A stretch of DNA of 64,000 nucleotides from Mayamaea pseudoterrestris (taxonomy: Eukaryota), in the NCBI GenBank assembly GCA_027923505.1, contig BROI01000020.1, positions 372,001-436,000 of the forward strand. Direction: 5' to 3'. The translations under genes were made by a program, and so were the position numbers. The notes beneath the pieces are model-generated. The model did no database searches. It saw only the letters and a program-made list of their open reading frames with translations, and was not told where the DNA came from. Within the stretch, counting starts at the first letter, position 1; every line of letters starts with the position of its first letter. Below, one piece after another: positions 1 to 9,957 of the stretch.

Positions 1-1509
1 CAAGGAGATAGCCGACTTAAAGGAGAAGGAAGGCATCGATTGGGATCTTGACACCCCAAGAGGTGCGACTCACGACGCGCAAGCCAGCGACAGTGAGGAA
101 GAGGAGAGTGTCAACGGTGACGTTGACAACGTGGCATCAGCAAACGAGCGAGCTGTCACAAAGATTGACCATGGGGAAGGAAGAACAATCGATCCGGGCG
201 CGTTGTAATACCAAGGCAACGATTGATCGAGCAAAACGCGTGGCGTATCAGCTGGCGACCCAAGAATGCGTTGGCGATGCTGGACTGTGAGCTTACGCTC
301 AACGCGGCAATCATCGAGGAGATGGAGGAAGGCGAGTGCTACACGCCGGCGCGCGACGAGTTAGCGCGTTGGCGCGAAGGGATTGGCGATGGCATTGCGC
401 ATACATCAGAGCTACAAGTAATGAAGTTCACAGCGAGGCAATGGCGAAGGGACCAGTCGCTGAATGGCAGAAGGCGGTTGACGACGGGCATGATCGAATG
501 CTCAAGTATCAAATGCTTCAAAGAAATCCCACGCTCGCAGCTTCCTGAAGGAACGAAGCTGATCGACACGACATGGGCAATGAAGCAAAAGGCAAACGGA
601 ACAAAGCGAGCAAGAATGGCGGTCAGGGGATTCCAGCAGATCGAAGGAGTCCATTACGATCCCAAGTCGGTGTCGGCGCCTGTCGAATCTATCGACGACG
701 CGCATCATGTTGGTATTGATGTTGATGGCACGCTGGGACGCGCACATTGTCGACGTGCGAGGAGCATTCTTGCAAGGCAAGTTCGAAAACGACGAAAAAA
801 GATTTACATTAAGATACCACAAGGATTCGAAAAGCATTATAAAGCAGACAGCGTGTTGCAGCTGTTGGCGCCAGTGTACTGGATTGATACAAGCGGCGTA
901 CTGTTTCTATTTGGTGTTGGTCAGAGCGTTCGACAACCAAGGATACGGAAGGAGCAAGGCCGATCCATGCCTCTATTATCAATGGGGCGAACAAGGATTA
1001 CATCTTTGGTCGAAATCATACGGATGACTGCTTGTCGGCCGGAAAGGATATCATCACAGCGAAGAACAAATTCATGAGCGAACTCCGACTGCGAGGACAT
1101 TGGCGAGTTGAAAGAGCACATCGGCTGCAAGATCGATATCAACAAGGAAGAAGGATGGTTGAAGATAACTCAACCAGTCGCAATTCAAAGACTCAAAGAC
1201 GAGTTCAATATACCCGACGAGCTCGATGAGGAGAGGCTTCCCGGCGTCACCGGGAAGCAAGTTAAGAAAGACGGCGAAACAATCGTTGGAGCGCAGGAGC
1301 ATCAACGAGTTTCGCAGCGGCGTTGGCATTGTTCAATGGATTAAAAGAGGCTCGAGACCAGAGATAAGCAACGCTGTTAGAGACGTTGCAAGGCGTCTAC
1401 AAGGACCAACGGAAGCGCATGTGAAGCGAACCATCGAATCATGCGCTACTTAACGAGGACTCCGGAGCGTGGACTCGTCCTCAAGCCATCGAGGCAATGG
1501 GATGAACCA
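1..1509 (+). mobile_element. Partial internal region of Copia element A (integrase end to mid RT), indel-rich copy
   Basis: Colinear with 4229-~5737 of the intact copy but with many 1-3 bp indels; ends abruptly at the start of LTR1. Confidence 0.93.
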
Positions 1510-1779
1510 TGCTGAGAATCGGTGATTAAACAGGTGATCCTCAGTACTATGGCCTACATCCCAGGGCATTGGTAAAGATGCGGGATCGACTGGCTGCGTT
1601 GCAATGAACAGGACAGTTAGCTATAGAGACTCGGAGACACTCTTGGAGAGGTCAAGATTCCAAGAGTTACGGCGGTCGCTTAGGATAGAATAAGCTCACT
1701 CTTTTATAGCGGATCTTTTGCAAGCGAATAGGAGAGGTTTATATCGTAAATTACAAGTACATTTGGAGCAATCTCAGCA
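1510..1779 (+). repeat. LTR1 of element A
   Basis: TGCTGAGA...TCTCAGCA 8-bp terminal inverted repeat; identical by eye to 6254-6523 and 9598-9867. Confidence 0.97.
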
Positions 1780-1814
1780 TACCTTAAGGTAGCCTCGGAG
1801 ATACCCGAGTCAGC

Positions 1815-4655
1815 ATGGCTGAACCAGCCCAAGGAATCGTTCCTGCAAGGACTGACGAGGAGCGATGGAAAGATGAGCGCTGGAACAAGAAGCCTGCGGC
1901 GATCCCCAAGTTGGATAAAGACAAGAAGTTTTGGACTTGGAAGATGGAGATCGAGGCGTGGCAAGTTGCGCATGACTTGGACAAGGTAATGGATCCAAGC
2001 GGATGGGCGGACCTGCCGACGCGAGAAGAACAGCCAAATCAATCGTACGCCAACAGGCGAGCCGTCAAGATGAACAAGGTAGCCATGGCGCAGTTAATCA
2101 TGGCGCATGGCGACGGAGACAAGGGAGCGGAGTTCCTCTTGATCATTACGGAATCAAGGACGGAAGCGTGGCCGACGGGCAAGGCAAGTGACGTCATGAA
2201 GAAGCTGATCGAACAATATCAGCCGACCGATCAAGTTGCCCAATTAAAGTTGATGGATGACCTTAGCAGTCTCTCGATGCGAGACAGCCAAAATCCAACC
2301 AAGTTGTTCCTAAAGGTAGCAGAGCTGGAGAGTCAGTTTCTAGCGTCAGGAGCAAAGCTCGAGGAGCGTCAAGTCGTTCCTCATATCATCAAGGCCTTAC
2401 CGGAGCGGTACAGCGGACGAGTGTCGGCCATGTTTGAAAAGCACAAGGAGCTAACCAAAGCAATGATACGCGAAGGCGTAGAGGCAGAATATCGCCTCCA
2501 AGTGGCGAAAGGCGCCATCAAGGAAGACGACGATGAAGATGAAGATGAACAAGCTCTCTTTACTCAATCGTCGATCGGAAACCCCAAGGGCTGCTGGCTT
2601 TGCGGCAGCACGGAACACAAGAAGAAGGACTGCCCAAAGTATAAAGGGAACGGCGGCGGCGGCGGAGGCAACAGAAGCAGGTCGAAGAAAAGATTCCAAG
2701 GAACGTGCGACGAATGCGGAAAGCAAGGGCACAAGAAAGAAGACTGCTTTCATCTTGAGAAGAACGCCTCCAAGCGCCCCGCTTGGTTCAAGAAGATCTT
2801 GGAGAAGAAGAATGAGTCGGCAAATGTCACTTGTGACGACGAATTCTTCATCATGGCAACCAAGGGCGTCGCGGAGGTCGACGACGAGTTGTGGTTTGCC
2901 GACAACGGGTGCACGAGCGCCATAACGAAGTCAAAAGAAGCAATGTATGAGACAAGGGCAGCAACAAGCGTCGATAAGATCAAAGTCGGGAACAGTGAAT
3001 ACGTACATCCCGAGCTTGTTGGAAAGTTGCGAGGCACAATCGTGGATAAGGACGGCAAGAAGGTTGGAAACTTGTCGTTGGATCGAGTCAGTTACTCGGA
3101 GTCAGCCGTCGGCAACCTCATTCCAGTCGGAAAGATGATAAAGGAAGGTTGGACGCTGAAGCAGTCAATAGATGGACTGGAGTTAAGCAAAGGAAAGCGC
3201 AAGTTAGTCTTCGATGTGACGGTACAAGTCGGCAGCGGAGTCTTCCACGCTATGCGAGTCAAAAGGACGCCGACGACGGCAGAACAAGCAACAGTCGCGG
3301 CAAACGCAAACAGAGTCGTTTCTTACCAACAAGTGCATGAAGAGTTTGGCCACATGGGCAAAGCAGCGACTCGAGCGACAGCGAAGCACTTAGGATGGAC
3401 GCTAACTGGAAAGATGAATCCATGCGTCTCTTGCGGCGTAGCGAAGGCGCGCCAGAAGGATATCGCTCGAAAGGAGCCAGCCGAGAAGGCAAAGACACCA
3501 GGACGACGCATCTACTTGGACTTGACGACGCCAAAGGATAAAGAAGGCAAGAATCTGCCAGGCAAGTTGAACGGTCGATGCATCGTGGACGAGGCGACAG
3601 GATTCAAAGTTGTCGACTTCTTCGCAACCAAGAACGCAATGGTGGAACCAACCTTGAACCTGCTTAGAGAATGGAAGCACAAAGGAAGGGAGGTTGAGTT
3701 TCTAAGGATGGATAACGCTGGCGAGAACAAGAGTCTTGCGAGGCAAGCCAAGGCAGAGGGACTCGTCAAGCGCATTGAATGGACAGCGGCAAACACGCCG
3801 CAACAGAACCACAAGGCAGAAACCTGCTGGCGCACACTCAAAGGGCGTTCAAGAGCTATAGCATACAGAGCAAACGTACCAGAGAAGCAGAGGCAGAAGT
3901 TCTTTGCAAGGCTAGTAAAGCATGCTAGCAAGTTGGATGGACTCACCATGGTCGAGTTGAATGGGGAAATGAAAACACGCTATGAGCACTTTGGCGAAAA
4001 GATTCCACGCTTTGTTAAGTACATGAGGCGTTGGGGCGAGGCGTGCGTGCTGACGAAAGGTGTCAAGAAACCGGGAATGGAATTTGACAAAGGCGCAGTC
4101 GGCATGTTGGTAGGCTTTCCGGATGACCATGAGGGCGACGTCTATCAAGTTTGGAATCCCAAGACGAATAGAGTTGCAGAGGTTAGAGATGTAACGTTCC
4201 TAAACAAGTGGTATTTCCAAGAAACGATCAAGGAGATAGCCGACTTAAAGGAGAAGGAAGGCATCGATTGGGATCTTGACACCCCAAGAGGTGCGACTCA
4301 CGACGCGCAAGCCAGCGACAGTGAGGAAGAGGAGAGTGTCAACGGTGACGTTGACAACGTGGCATCAGCAAACGAGCGAGCTGTCACAAAGATTGACCAT
4401 GGGGAAGGAAGAACAATAACTCGATCCGGGCGCGTTGTAATACCAAGGCAACGATTGATCGAGCAAGTAACGCTGGCGTATCAGCTGGCGACCCAAGAAT
4501 GCGCGTTGGCGATGCTGGACTGTGAGCTTACGCTCAACGCGGCAATCATCGAGGAGATGGAGGAAGGCGAGTGCTACACGCCGGCGCGCACGCGAGTTGG
4601 GCCGTTGGCGCAGGGATTGGCGATGGCATTGCGCATACATCAGAGCTACAAGTAA
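1815..4655 (+). CDS. gag-pol: Copia A gag-protease-integrase polyprotein
   Basis: Two CCHC knuckles (CWLCGSTEHKKKDC, CDECGKQGHKKEDC), protease WFADNGC, HHCC (HEEFGH...CVSC), integrase D,D,E (YLDL / RMDNAGEN / QQNHKAE). Confidence 0.95.
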   Translation: MAEPAQGIVPARTDEERWKDERWNKKPAAIPKLDKDKKFWTWKMEIEAWQVAHDLDKVMDPSGWADLPTREEQPNQSYANRRAVKMNKVAMAQLIMAHGDGDKGAEFLLIITESRTEAWPTGKASDVMKKLIEQYQPTDQVAQLKLMDDLSSLSMRDSQNPTKLFLKVAELESQFLASGAKLEERQVVPHIIKALPERYSGRVSAMFEKHKELTKAMIREGVEAEYRLQVAKGAIKEDDDEDEDEQALFTQSSIGNPKGCWLCGSTEHKKKDCPKYKGNGGGGGGNRSRSKKRFQGTCDECGKQGHKKEDCFHLEKNASKRPAWFKKILEKKNESANVTCDDEFFIMATKGVAEVDDELWFADNGCTSAITKSKEAMYETRAATSVDKIKVGNSEYVHPELVGKLRGTIVDKDGKKVGNLSLDRVSYSESAVGNLIPVGKMIKEGWTLKQSIDGLELSKGKRKLVFDVTVQVGSGVFHAMRVKRTPTTAEQATVAANANRVVSYQQVHEEFGHMGKAATRATAKHLGWTLTGKMNPCVSCGVAKARQKDIARKEPAEKAKTPGRRIYLDLTTPKDKEGKNLPGKLNGRCIVDEATGFKVVDFFATKNAMVEPTLNLLREWKHKGREVEFLRMDNAGENKSLARQAKAEGLVKRIEWTAANTPQQNHKAETCWRTLKGRSRAIAYRANVPEKQRQKFFARLVKHASKLDGLTMVELNGEMKTRYEHFGEKIPRFVKYMRRWGEACVLTKGVKKPGMEFDKGAVGMLVGFPDDHEGDVYQVWNPKTNRVAEVRDVTFLNKWYFQETIKEIADLKEKEGIDWDLDTPRGATHDAQASDSEEEESVNGDVDNVASANERAVTKIDHGEGRTITRSGRVVIPRQRLIEQVTLAYQLATQECALAMLDCELTLNAAIIEEMEEGECYTPARTRVGPLAQGLAMALRIHQSYK

Positions 4656-6232
4656 TGAAGTTCAGCGAGGCAATGGCGAAGGGACCAGTCGCTGAATGGC
4701 AGAAGGCGGTTGACGACGAGCATGATCGAATGCTCAAGTACAAATGCTTCAAAGAAATCCCACGCTCGCAGCTTCCTGAAGGAACGAAGCTGATCGACAC
4801 GACATGGGCAATGAAGCAAAAGGCAAACGGAACAAAGCGAGCAAGAATGGCGGTCAGGGGATTCCAGCAGATCGAAGGAGTCCATTACGATCCCAAGTCG
4901 GTGTCGGCGCCTGTCGTGAATCTATCGACGACGCGCATCATGTTGGTATTGATGTTGATGGCACGCTGGGACGCGCACATTGTCGACGTGCGAGGAGCAT
5001 TCTTGCAAGGCAAGTTCGAAAACGACGAAAAGATTTACATTAAGATACCACAAGGATTCGAAAAGCATTATAAAGCAGACAGCGTGTTGCAGCTGTTGGC
5101 GCCAGTGTACGGATTGATACAAGCGGCGTACTGTTTCTATTTGGTGTTGGTCAGAGCGTTCGACAACCAAGGATACGGAAGGAGCAAGGCCGATCCATGC
5201 CTCTATTATCAATGGGGCGAACAAGGATTACATCTTTGGTCGAGTCATACGGATGACTGCTTGTCGGCCGGAAAGGATATCATCACAGCGAAGAACAAAT
5301 TCATGAGCGAACTCGACTGCGAGGACATTGGCGAGTTGAAAGAGCACATCGGCTGCAAGATCGATATCAACAAGGAAGAAGGATGGTTGAAGATAACTCA
5401 ACCAGTCGCAATTCAAAGACTCAAAGACGAGTTCAATATACCCGACGAGCTCGATGAGGAGAGGCTTCCGGCGTCACCGGGAAGCAAGTTAAAGAGCGGC
5501 GAAACAATCGTTGGAGCGCAGGAGCATCACGAGTTTCGCAGCGGCGTTGGCATTGTTCAATGGATTAAAAGAGGCTCGAGACCAGAGATAAGCAACGCTG
5601 TTAGAGACGTTGCAAGGCGTCTACAAGGACCAACGGAAGCGCATGTGAAAGCGAACCATCGAATCATGCGCTACTTAACGAGGACTCCGGAGCGTGGACT
5701 CGTCCTCAAGCCATCGAGGCAATGGGATGGCACACCAAGCTTTAAGTTCAGATTGAAAGTGATTACGGACTCATCATACGCGTCGGATCCAGACACAAGA
5801 AGGAGTCCAGGAGGCTACAGCACGTTTCTAGAGGACGCGCCAATCGTTCAATGCTCAAAGATGCAAGACTTTGTCACGCTGTCGCCCACGGAGGCGGAGT
5901 TAGTGGAGATGACGAACGGAGCGCGCGAGCTGTTGAGCCACAAGCGATTACTGGAGTCGATTGGATTACAAGTCGAGCTCCCAATGAAAGTTATAGGAGA
6001 CAACAAGGGCGCGTTTGATCTAACGAACAATTGGTCGACGGCCGGCAAGACGCGTCATATTGACGTGCGATATTATTTCCTTCGAGAGTTGAAGGAGAAA
6101 AAGATTATAGACATTGAATGGATTGGAACCGACGACAATTGCGCCGATATCTTTACAAAGAATCTGGGCGTGAAGGCGTTTAACAAGCACGCAAAGGTGT
6201 TCGTCGGCGACGATGAGTACTTTGAAGATTAA
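4571..6232 (+). CDS. pol: Copia A reverse transcriptase-RNase H (in -1 frame relative to gag-INT)
   Basis: RARMAVRGFQQ, VDVRGAFL, VYGLIQAA, HTDD; RNase H TDSSYA, SPTEAE, GDNKGA, TRHIDVRYYFLRE, ADIFTK. Confidence 0.95.
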   Translation: MLHAGAHASWAVGAGIGDGIAHTSELQVMKFSEAMAKGPVAEWQKAVDDEHDRMLKYKCFKEIPRSQLPEGTKLIDTTWAMKQKANGTKRARMAVRGFQQIEGVHYDPKSVSAPVVNLSTTRIMLVLMLMARWDAHIVDVRGAFLQGKFENDEKIYIKIPQGFEKHYKADSVLQLLAPVYGLIQAAYCFYLVLVRAFDNQGYGRSKADPCLYYQWGEQGLHLWSSHTDDCLSAGKDIITAKNKFMSELDCEDIGELKEHIGCKIDINKEEGWLKITQPVAIQRLKDEFNIPDELDEERLPASPGSKLKSGETIVGAQEHHEFRSGVGIVQWIKRGSRPEISNAVRDVARRLQGPTEAHVKANHRIMRYLTRTPERGLVLKPSRQWDGTPSFKFRLKVITDSSYASDPDTRRSPGGYSTFLEDAPIVQCSKMQDFVTLSPTEAELVEMTNGARELLSHKRLLESIGLQVELPMKVIGDNKGAFDLTNNWSTAGKTRHIDVRYYFLRELKEKKIIDIEWIGTDDNCADIFTKNLGVKAFNKHAKVFVGDDEYFED

Positions 6233-6253
6233 GTACATCGGATCAGAGGAGAG

Positions 6254-6523
6254 TGCTGAGAATCGGTGATTAAACAGGTGATCCTCAGTACTATGGCCTA
6301 CATCCCAGGGCATTGGTAAAGATGCGGGATCGACTGGCTGCGTTGCAATGAACAGGACAGTTAGCTATAGAGACTCGGAGACACTCTTGGAGAGGTCAAG
6401 ATTCCAAGAGTTACGGCGGTCGCTTAGGATAGAATAAGCTCACTCTTTTATAGCGGATCTTTTGCAAGCGAATAGGAGAGGTTTATATCGTAAATTACAA
6501 GTACATTTGGAGCAATCTCAGCA
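6254..6523 (+). repeat. LTR2 of element A
   Basis: Identical 270-bp LTR preceded by PPT (6245-6253). Confidence 0.97.
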
Positions 6524-6559
6524 GAGTTAAGCAAAGGAAAGCGCAAGTTAGTCTTCGAT

Positions 6560-7999
6560 GTGACGGTACAAGTCGGCAGCGGAGTCTTCCACGCTATGCG
6601 AGTCAAAAGGACGCCGACGACGGCAGAACAAGCAACAGTCGCGGCAAACGCAAACAGAGTCGTTTCTTACCAACAAGTGCATGAAGAGTTTGGCCACATG
6701 GGCAAAGCAGCGACTCGAGCGACAGCGAAGCACTTAGGATGGACGCTAACTGGAAAGATGAATCCATGCGTCTCTTGCGGCGTAGCGAAGGCGCGCCAGA
6801 AGGATATCGCTCGAAAGGAGCCAGCCGAGAAGGCAAAGACACCAGGACGACGCATCTACTTGGACTTGACGACGCCAAAGGATAAAGAAGGCAAGAATCT
6901 GCCAGGCAAGTTGAACGGTCGATGCATCGTGGACGAGGCGACAGGATTCAAAGTTGTCGACTTCTTCGCAACCAAGAACGCAATGGTGGAACCAACCTTG
7001 AACCTGCTTAGAGAATGGAAGCACAAAGGAAGGGAGGTTGAGTTTCTAAGGATGGATAACGCTGGCGAGAACAAGAGTCTTGCGAGGCAAGCCAAGGCAG
7101 AGGGACTCGTCAAGCGCATTGAATGGACAGCGGCAAACACGCCGCAACAGAACCACAAGGCAGAAACCTGCTGGCGCACACTCAAAGGGCGTTCAAGAGC
7201 TATAGCATACAGAGCAAACGTACCAGAGAAGCAGAGGCAGAAGTTCTTTGCAAGGCTAGTAAAGCATGCTAGCAAGTTGGATGGACTCACCATGGTCGAG
7301 TTGAATGGGGAAATGAAAACACGCTATGAGCACTTTGGCGAAAAGATTCCACGCTTTGTTAAGTACATGAGGCGTTGGGGCGAGGCGTGCGTGCTGACGA
7401 AAGGTGTCAAGAAACCGGGAATGGAATTTGACAAAGGCGCAGTCGGCATGTTGGTAGGCTTTCCGGATGACCATGAGGGCGACGTCTATCAAGTTTGGAA
7501 TCCCAAGACGAATAGAGTTGCAGAGGTTAGAGATGTAACGTTCCTAAACAAGTGGTATTTCCAAGAAACGATCAAGGAGATAGCCGACTTAAAGGAGAAG
7601 GAAGGCATCGATTGGGATCTTGACACCCCAAGAGGTGCGACTCACGACGCGCAAGCCAGCGACAGTGAGGAAGAGGAGAGTGTCAACGGTGACGTTGACA
7701 ACGTGGCATCAGCAAACGAGCGAGCTGTCACAAAGATTGACCATGGGGAAGGAAGAACAATAACTCGATCCGGGCGCGTTGTAATACCAAGGCAACGATT
7801 GATCGAGCAAGTAACGCTGGCGTATCAGCTGGCGACCCAAGAATGCGCGTTGGCGATGCTGGACTGTGAGCTTACGCTCAACGCGGCAATCATCGAGGAG
7901 ATGGAGGAAGGCGAGTGCTACACGCCGGCGCGCACGCGAGTTGGGCCGTTGGCGCAGGGATTGGCGATGGCATTGCGCATACATCAGAGCTACAAGTAA
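6560..7999 (+). CDS. Copia A integrase (duplicated, N-terminally truncated polyprotein)
   Basis: Identical to the C-terminal part of ORF 1815-4655. Confidence 0.85.
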   Translation: MTVQVGSGVFHAMRVKRTPTTAEQATVAANANRVVSYQQVHEEFGHMGKAATRATAKHLGWTLTGKMNPCVSCGVAKARQKDIARKEPAEKAKTPGRRIYLDLTTPKDKEGKNLPGKLNGRCIVDEATGFKVVDFFATKNAMVEPTLNLLREWKHKGREVEFLRMDNAGENKSLARQAKAEGLVKRIEWTAANTPQQNHKAETCWRTLKGRSRAIAYRANVPEKQRQKFFARLVKHASKLDGLTMVELNGEMKTRYEHFGEKIPRFVKYMRRWGEACVLTKGVKKPGMEFDKGAVGMLVGFPDDHEGDVYQVWNPKTNRVAEVRDVTFLNKWYFQETIKEIADLKEKEGIDWDLDTPRGATHDAQASDSEEEESVNGDVDNVASANERAVTKIDHGEGRTITRSGRVVIPRQRLIEQVTLAYQLATQECALAMLDCELTLNAAIIEEMEEGECYTPARTRVGPLAQGLAMALRIHQSYK

Positions 8000-9576
8000 T
8001 GAAGTTCAGCGAGGCAATGGCGAAGGGACCAGTCGCTGAATGGCAGAAGGCGGTTGACGACGAGCATGATCGAATGCTCAAGTACAAATGCTTCAAAGAA
8101 ATCCCACGCTCGCAGCTTCCTGAAGGAACGAAGCTGATCGACACGACATGGGCAATGAAGCAAAAGGCAAACGGAACAAAGCGAGCAAGAATGGCGGTCA
8201 GGGGATTCCAGCAGATCGAAGGAGTCCATTACGATCCCAAGTCGGTGTCGGCGCCTGTCGTGAATCTATCGACGACGCGCATCATGTTGGTATTGATGTT
8301 GATGGCACGCTGGGACGCGCACATTGTCGACGTGCGAGGAGCATTCTTGCAAGGCAAGTTCGAAAACGACGAAAAGATTTACATTAAGATACCACAAGGA
8401 TTCGAAAAGCATTATAAAGCAGACAGCGTGTTGCAGCTGTTGGCGCCAGTGTACGGATTGATACAAGCGGCGTACTGTTTCTATTTGGTGTTGGTCAGAG
8501 CGTTCGACAACCAAGGATACGGAAGGAGCAAGGCCGATCCATGCCTCTATTATCAATGGGGCGAACAAGGATTACATCTTTGGTCGAGTCATACGGATGA
8601 CTGCTTGTCGGCCGGAAAGGATATCATCACAGCGAAGAACAAATTCATGAGCGAACTCGACTGCGAGGACATTGGCGAGTTGAAAGAGCACATCGGCTGC
8701 AAGATCGATATCAACAAGGAAGAAGGATGGTTGAAGATAACTCAACCAGTCGCAATTCAAAGACTCAAAGACGAGTTCAATATACCCGACGAGCTCGATG
8801 AGGAGAGGCTTCCGGCGTCACCGGGAAGCAAGTTAAAGAGCGGCGAAACAATCGTTGGAGCGCAGGAGCATCACGAGTTTCGCAGCGGCGTTGGCATTGT
8901 TCAATGGATTAAAAGAGGCTCGAGACCAGAGATAAGCAACGCTGTTAGAGACGTTGCAAGGCGTCTACAAGGACCAACGGAAGCGCATGTGAAAGCGAAC
9001 CATCGAATCATGCGCTACTTAACGAGGACTCCGGAGCGTGGACTCGTCCTCAAGCCATCGAGGCAATGGGATGGCACACCAAGCTTTAAGTTCAGATTGA
9101 AAGTGATTACGGACTCATCATACGCGTCGGATCCAGACACAAGAAGGAGTCCAGGAGGCTACAGCACGTTTCTAGAGGACGCGCCAATCGTTCAATGCTC
9201 AAAGATGCAAGACTTTGTCACGCTGTCGCCCACGGAGGCGGAGTTAGTGGAGATGACGAACGGAGCGCGCGAGCTGTTGAGCCACAAGCGATTACTGGAG
9301 TCGATTGGATTACAAGTCGAGCTCCCAATGAAAGTTATAGGAGACAACAAGGGCGCGTTTGATCTAACGAACAATTGGTCGACGGCCGGCAAGACGCGTC
9401 ATATTGACGTGCGATATTATTTCCTTCGAGAGTTGAAGGAGAAAAAGATTATAGACATTGAATGGATTGGAACCGACGACAATTGCGCCGATATCTTTAC
9501 AAAGAATCTGGGCGTGAAGGCGTTTAACAAGCACGCAAAGGTGTTCGTCGGCGACGATGAGTACTTTGAAGATTAA
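7915..9576 (+). CDS. pol: Copia A RT-RNase H (duplicate)
   Basis: Identical 553-aa translation to 4571-6232. Confidence 0.9.
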   Translation: MLHAGAHASWAVGAGIGDGIAHTSELQVMKFSEAMAKGPVAEWQKAVDDEHDRMLKYKCFKEIPRSQLPEGTKLIDTTWAMKQKANGTKRARMAVRGFQQIEGVHYDPKSVSAPVVNLSTTRIMLVLMLMARWDAHIVDVRGAFLQGKFENDEKIYIKIPQGFEKHYKADSVLQLLAPVYGLIQAAYCFYLVLVRAFDNQGYGRSKADPCLYYQWGEQGLHLWSSHTDDCLSAGKDIITAKNKFMSELDCEDIGELKEHIGCKIDINKEEGWLKITQPVAIQRLKDEFNIPDELDEERLPASPGSKLKSGETIVGAQEHHEFRSGVGIVQWIKRGSRPEISNAVRDVARRLQGPTEAHVKANHRIMRYLTRTPERGLVLKPSRQWDGTPSFKFRLKVITDSSYASDPDTRRSPGGYSTFLEDAPIVQCSKMQDFVTLSPTEAELVEMTNGARELLSHKRLLESIGLQVELPMKVIGDNKGAFDLTNNWSTAGKTRHIDVRYYFLRELKEKKIIDIEWIGTDDNCADIFTKNLGVKAFNKHAKVFVGDDEYFED

Positions 9577-9597
9577 GTACATCGGATCAGAGGAGAG

Positions 9598-9867
9598 TGC
9601 TGAGAATCGGTGATTAAACAGGTGATCCTCAGTACTATGGCCTACATCCCAGGGCATTGGTAAAGATGCGGGATCGACTGGCTGCGTTGCAATGAACAGG
9701 ACAGTTAGCTATAGAGACTCGGAGACACTCTTGGAGAGGTCAAGATTCCAAGAGTTACGGCGGTCGCTTAGGATAGAATAAGCTCACTCTTTTATAGCGG
9801 ATCTTTTGCAAGCGAATAGGAGAGGTTTATATCGTAAATTACAAGTACATTTGGAGCAATCTCAGCA
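9598..9867 (+). repeat. LTR3 of element A (outer right boundary of the array)
   Basis: Identical LTR followed by unique host sequence GATTT... Confidence 0.97.
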
Positions 9868-9957
9868 GATTTTGCTGCTTCCTCTATCATTTTCGATGCG
9901 CCGTTCTGCTGATGTGTGGACAGCATGGCATGTAATCCAAAATAGATTTGATAATAT

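Larger units (their letters stand above)
1510..6523 (+). mobile_element. Full-length Ty1/Copia LTR retrotransposon A (CoDi-like), 5014 bp
   Basis: Two identical 270-bp LTRs, gag-PR-INT-RT-RH order, polypurine tract AGAGGAGAG before the 3' LTR; flanks AACCA / GAGTT are not a TSD. Confidence 0.97.
6524..9867 (+). mobile_element. 5'-truncated copy of element A (exact repeat of 3180-6523) ending in LTR3
   Basis: Constant offset of 3344 bp; ORFs 6560-7999 and 7915-9576 are identical to the first copy. Confidence 0.97.

Noticed and set aside
1..1509. Many frameshifts suggesting an older degenerate copy of A
   Set aside because: Differences are mostly small indels, typical of low-coverage long-read consensus rather than evolution.
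2451..9657. Numerous antisense and overlapping ORFs within element A
   Set aside because: Shadows of the pol frames with no motifs of their own.
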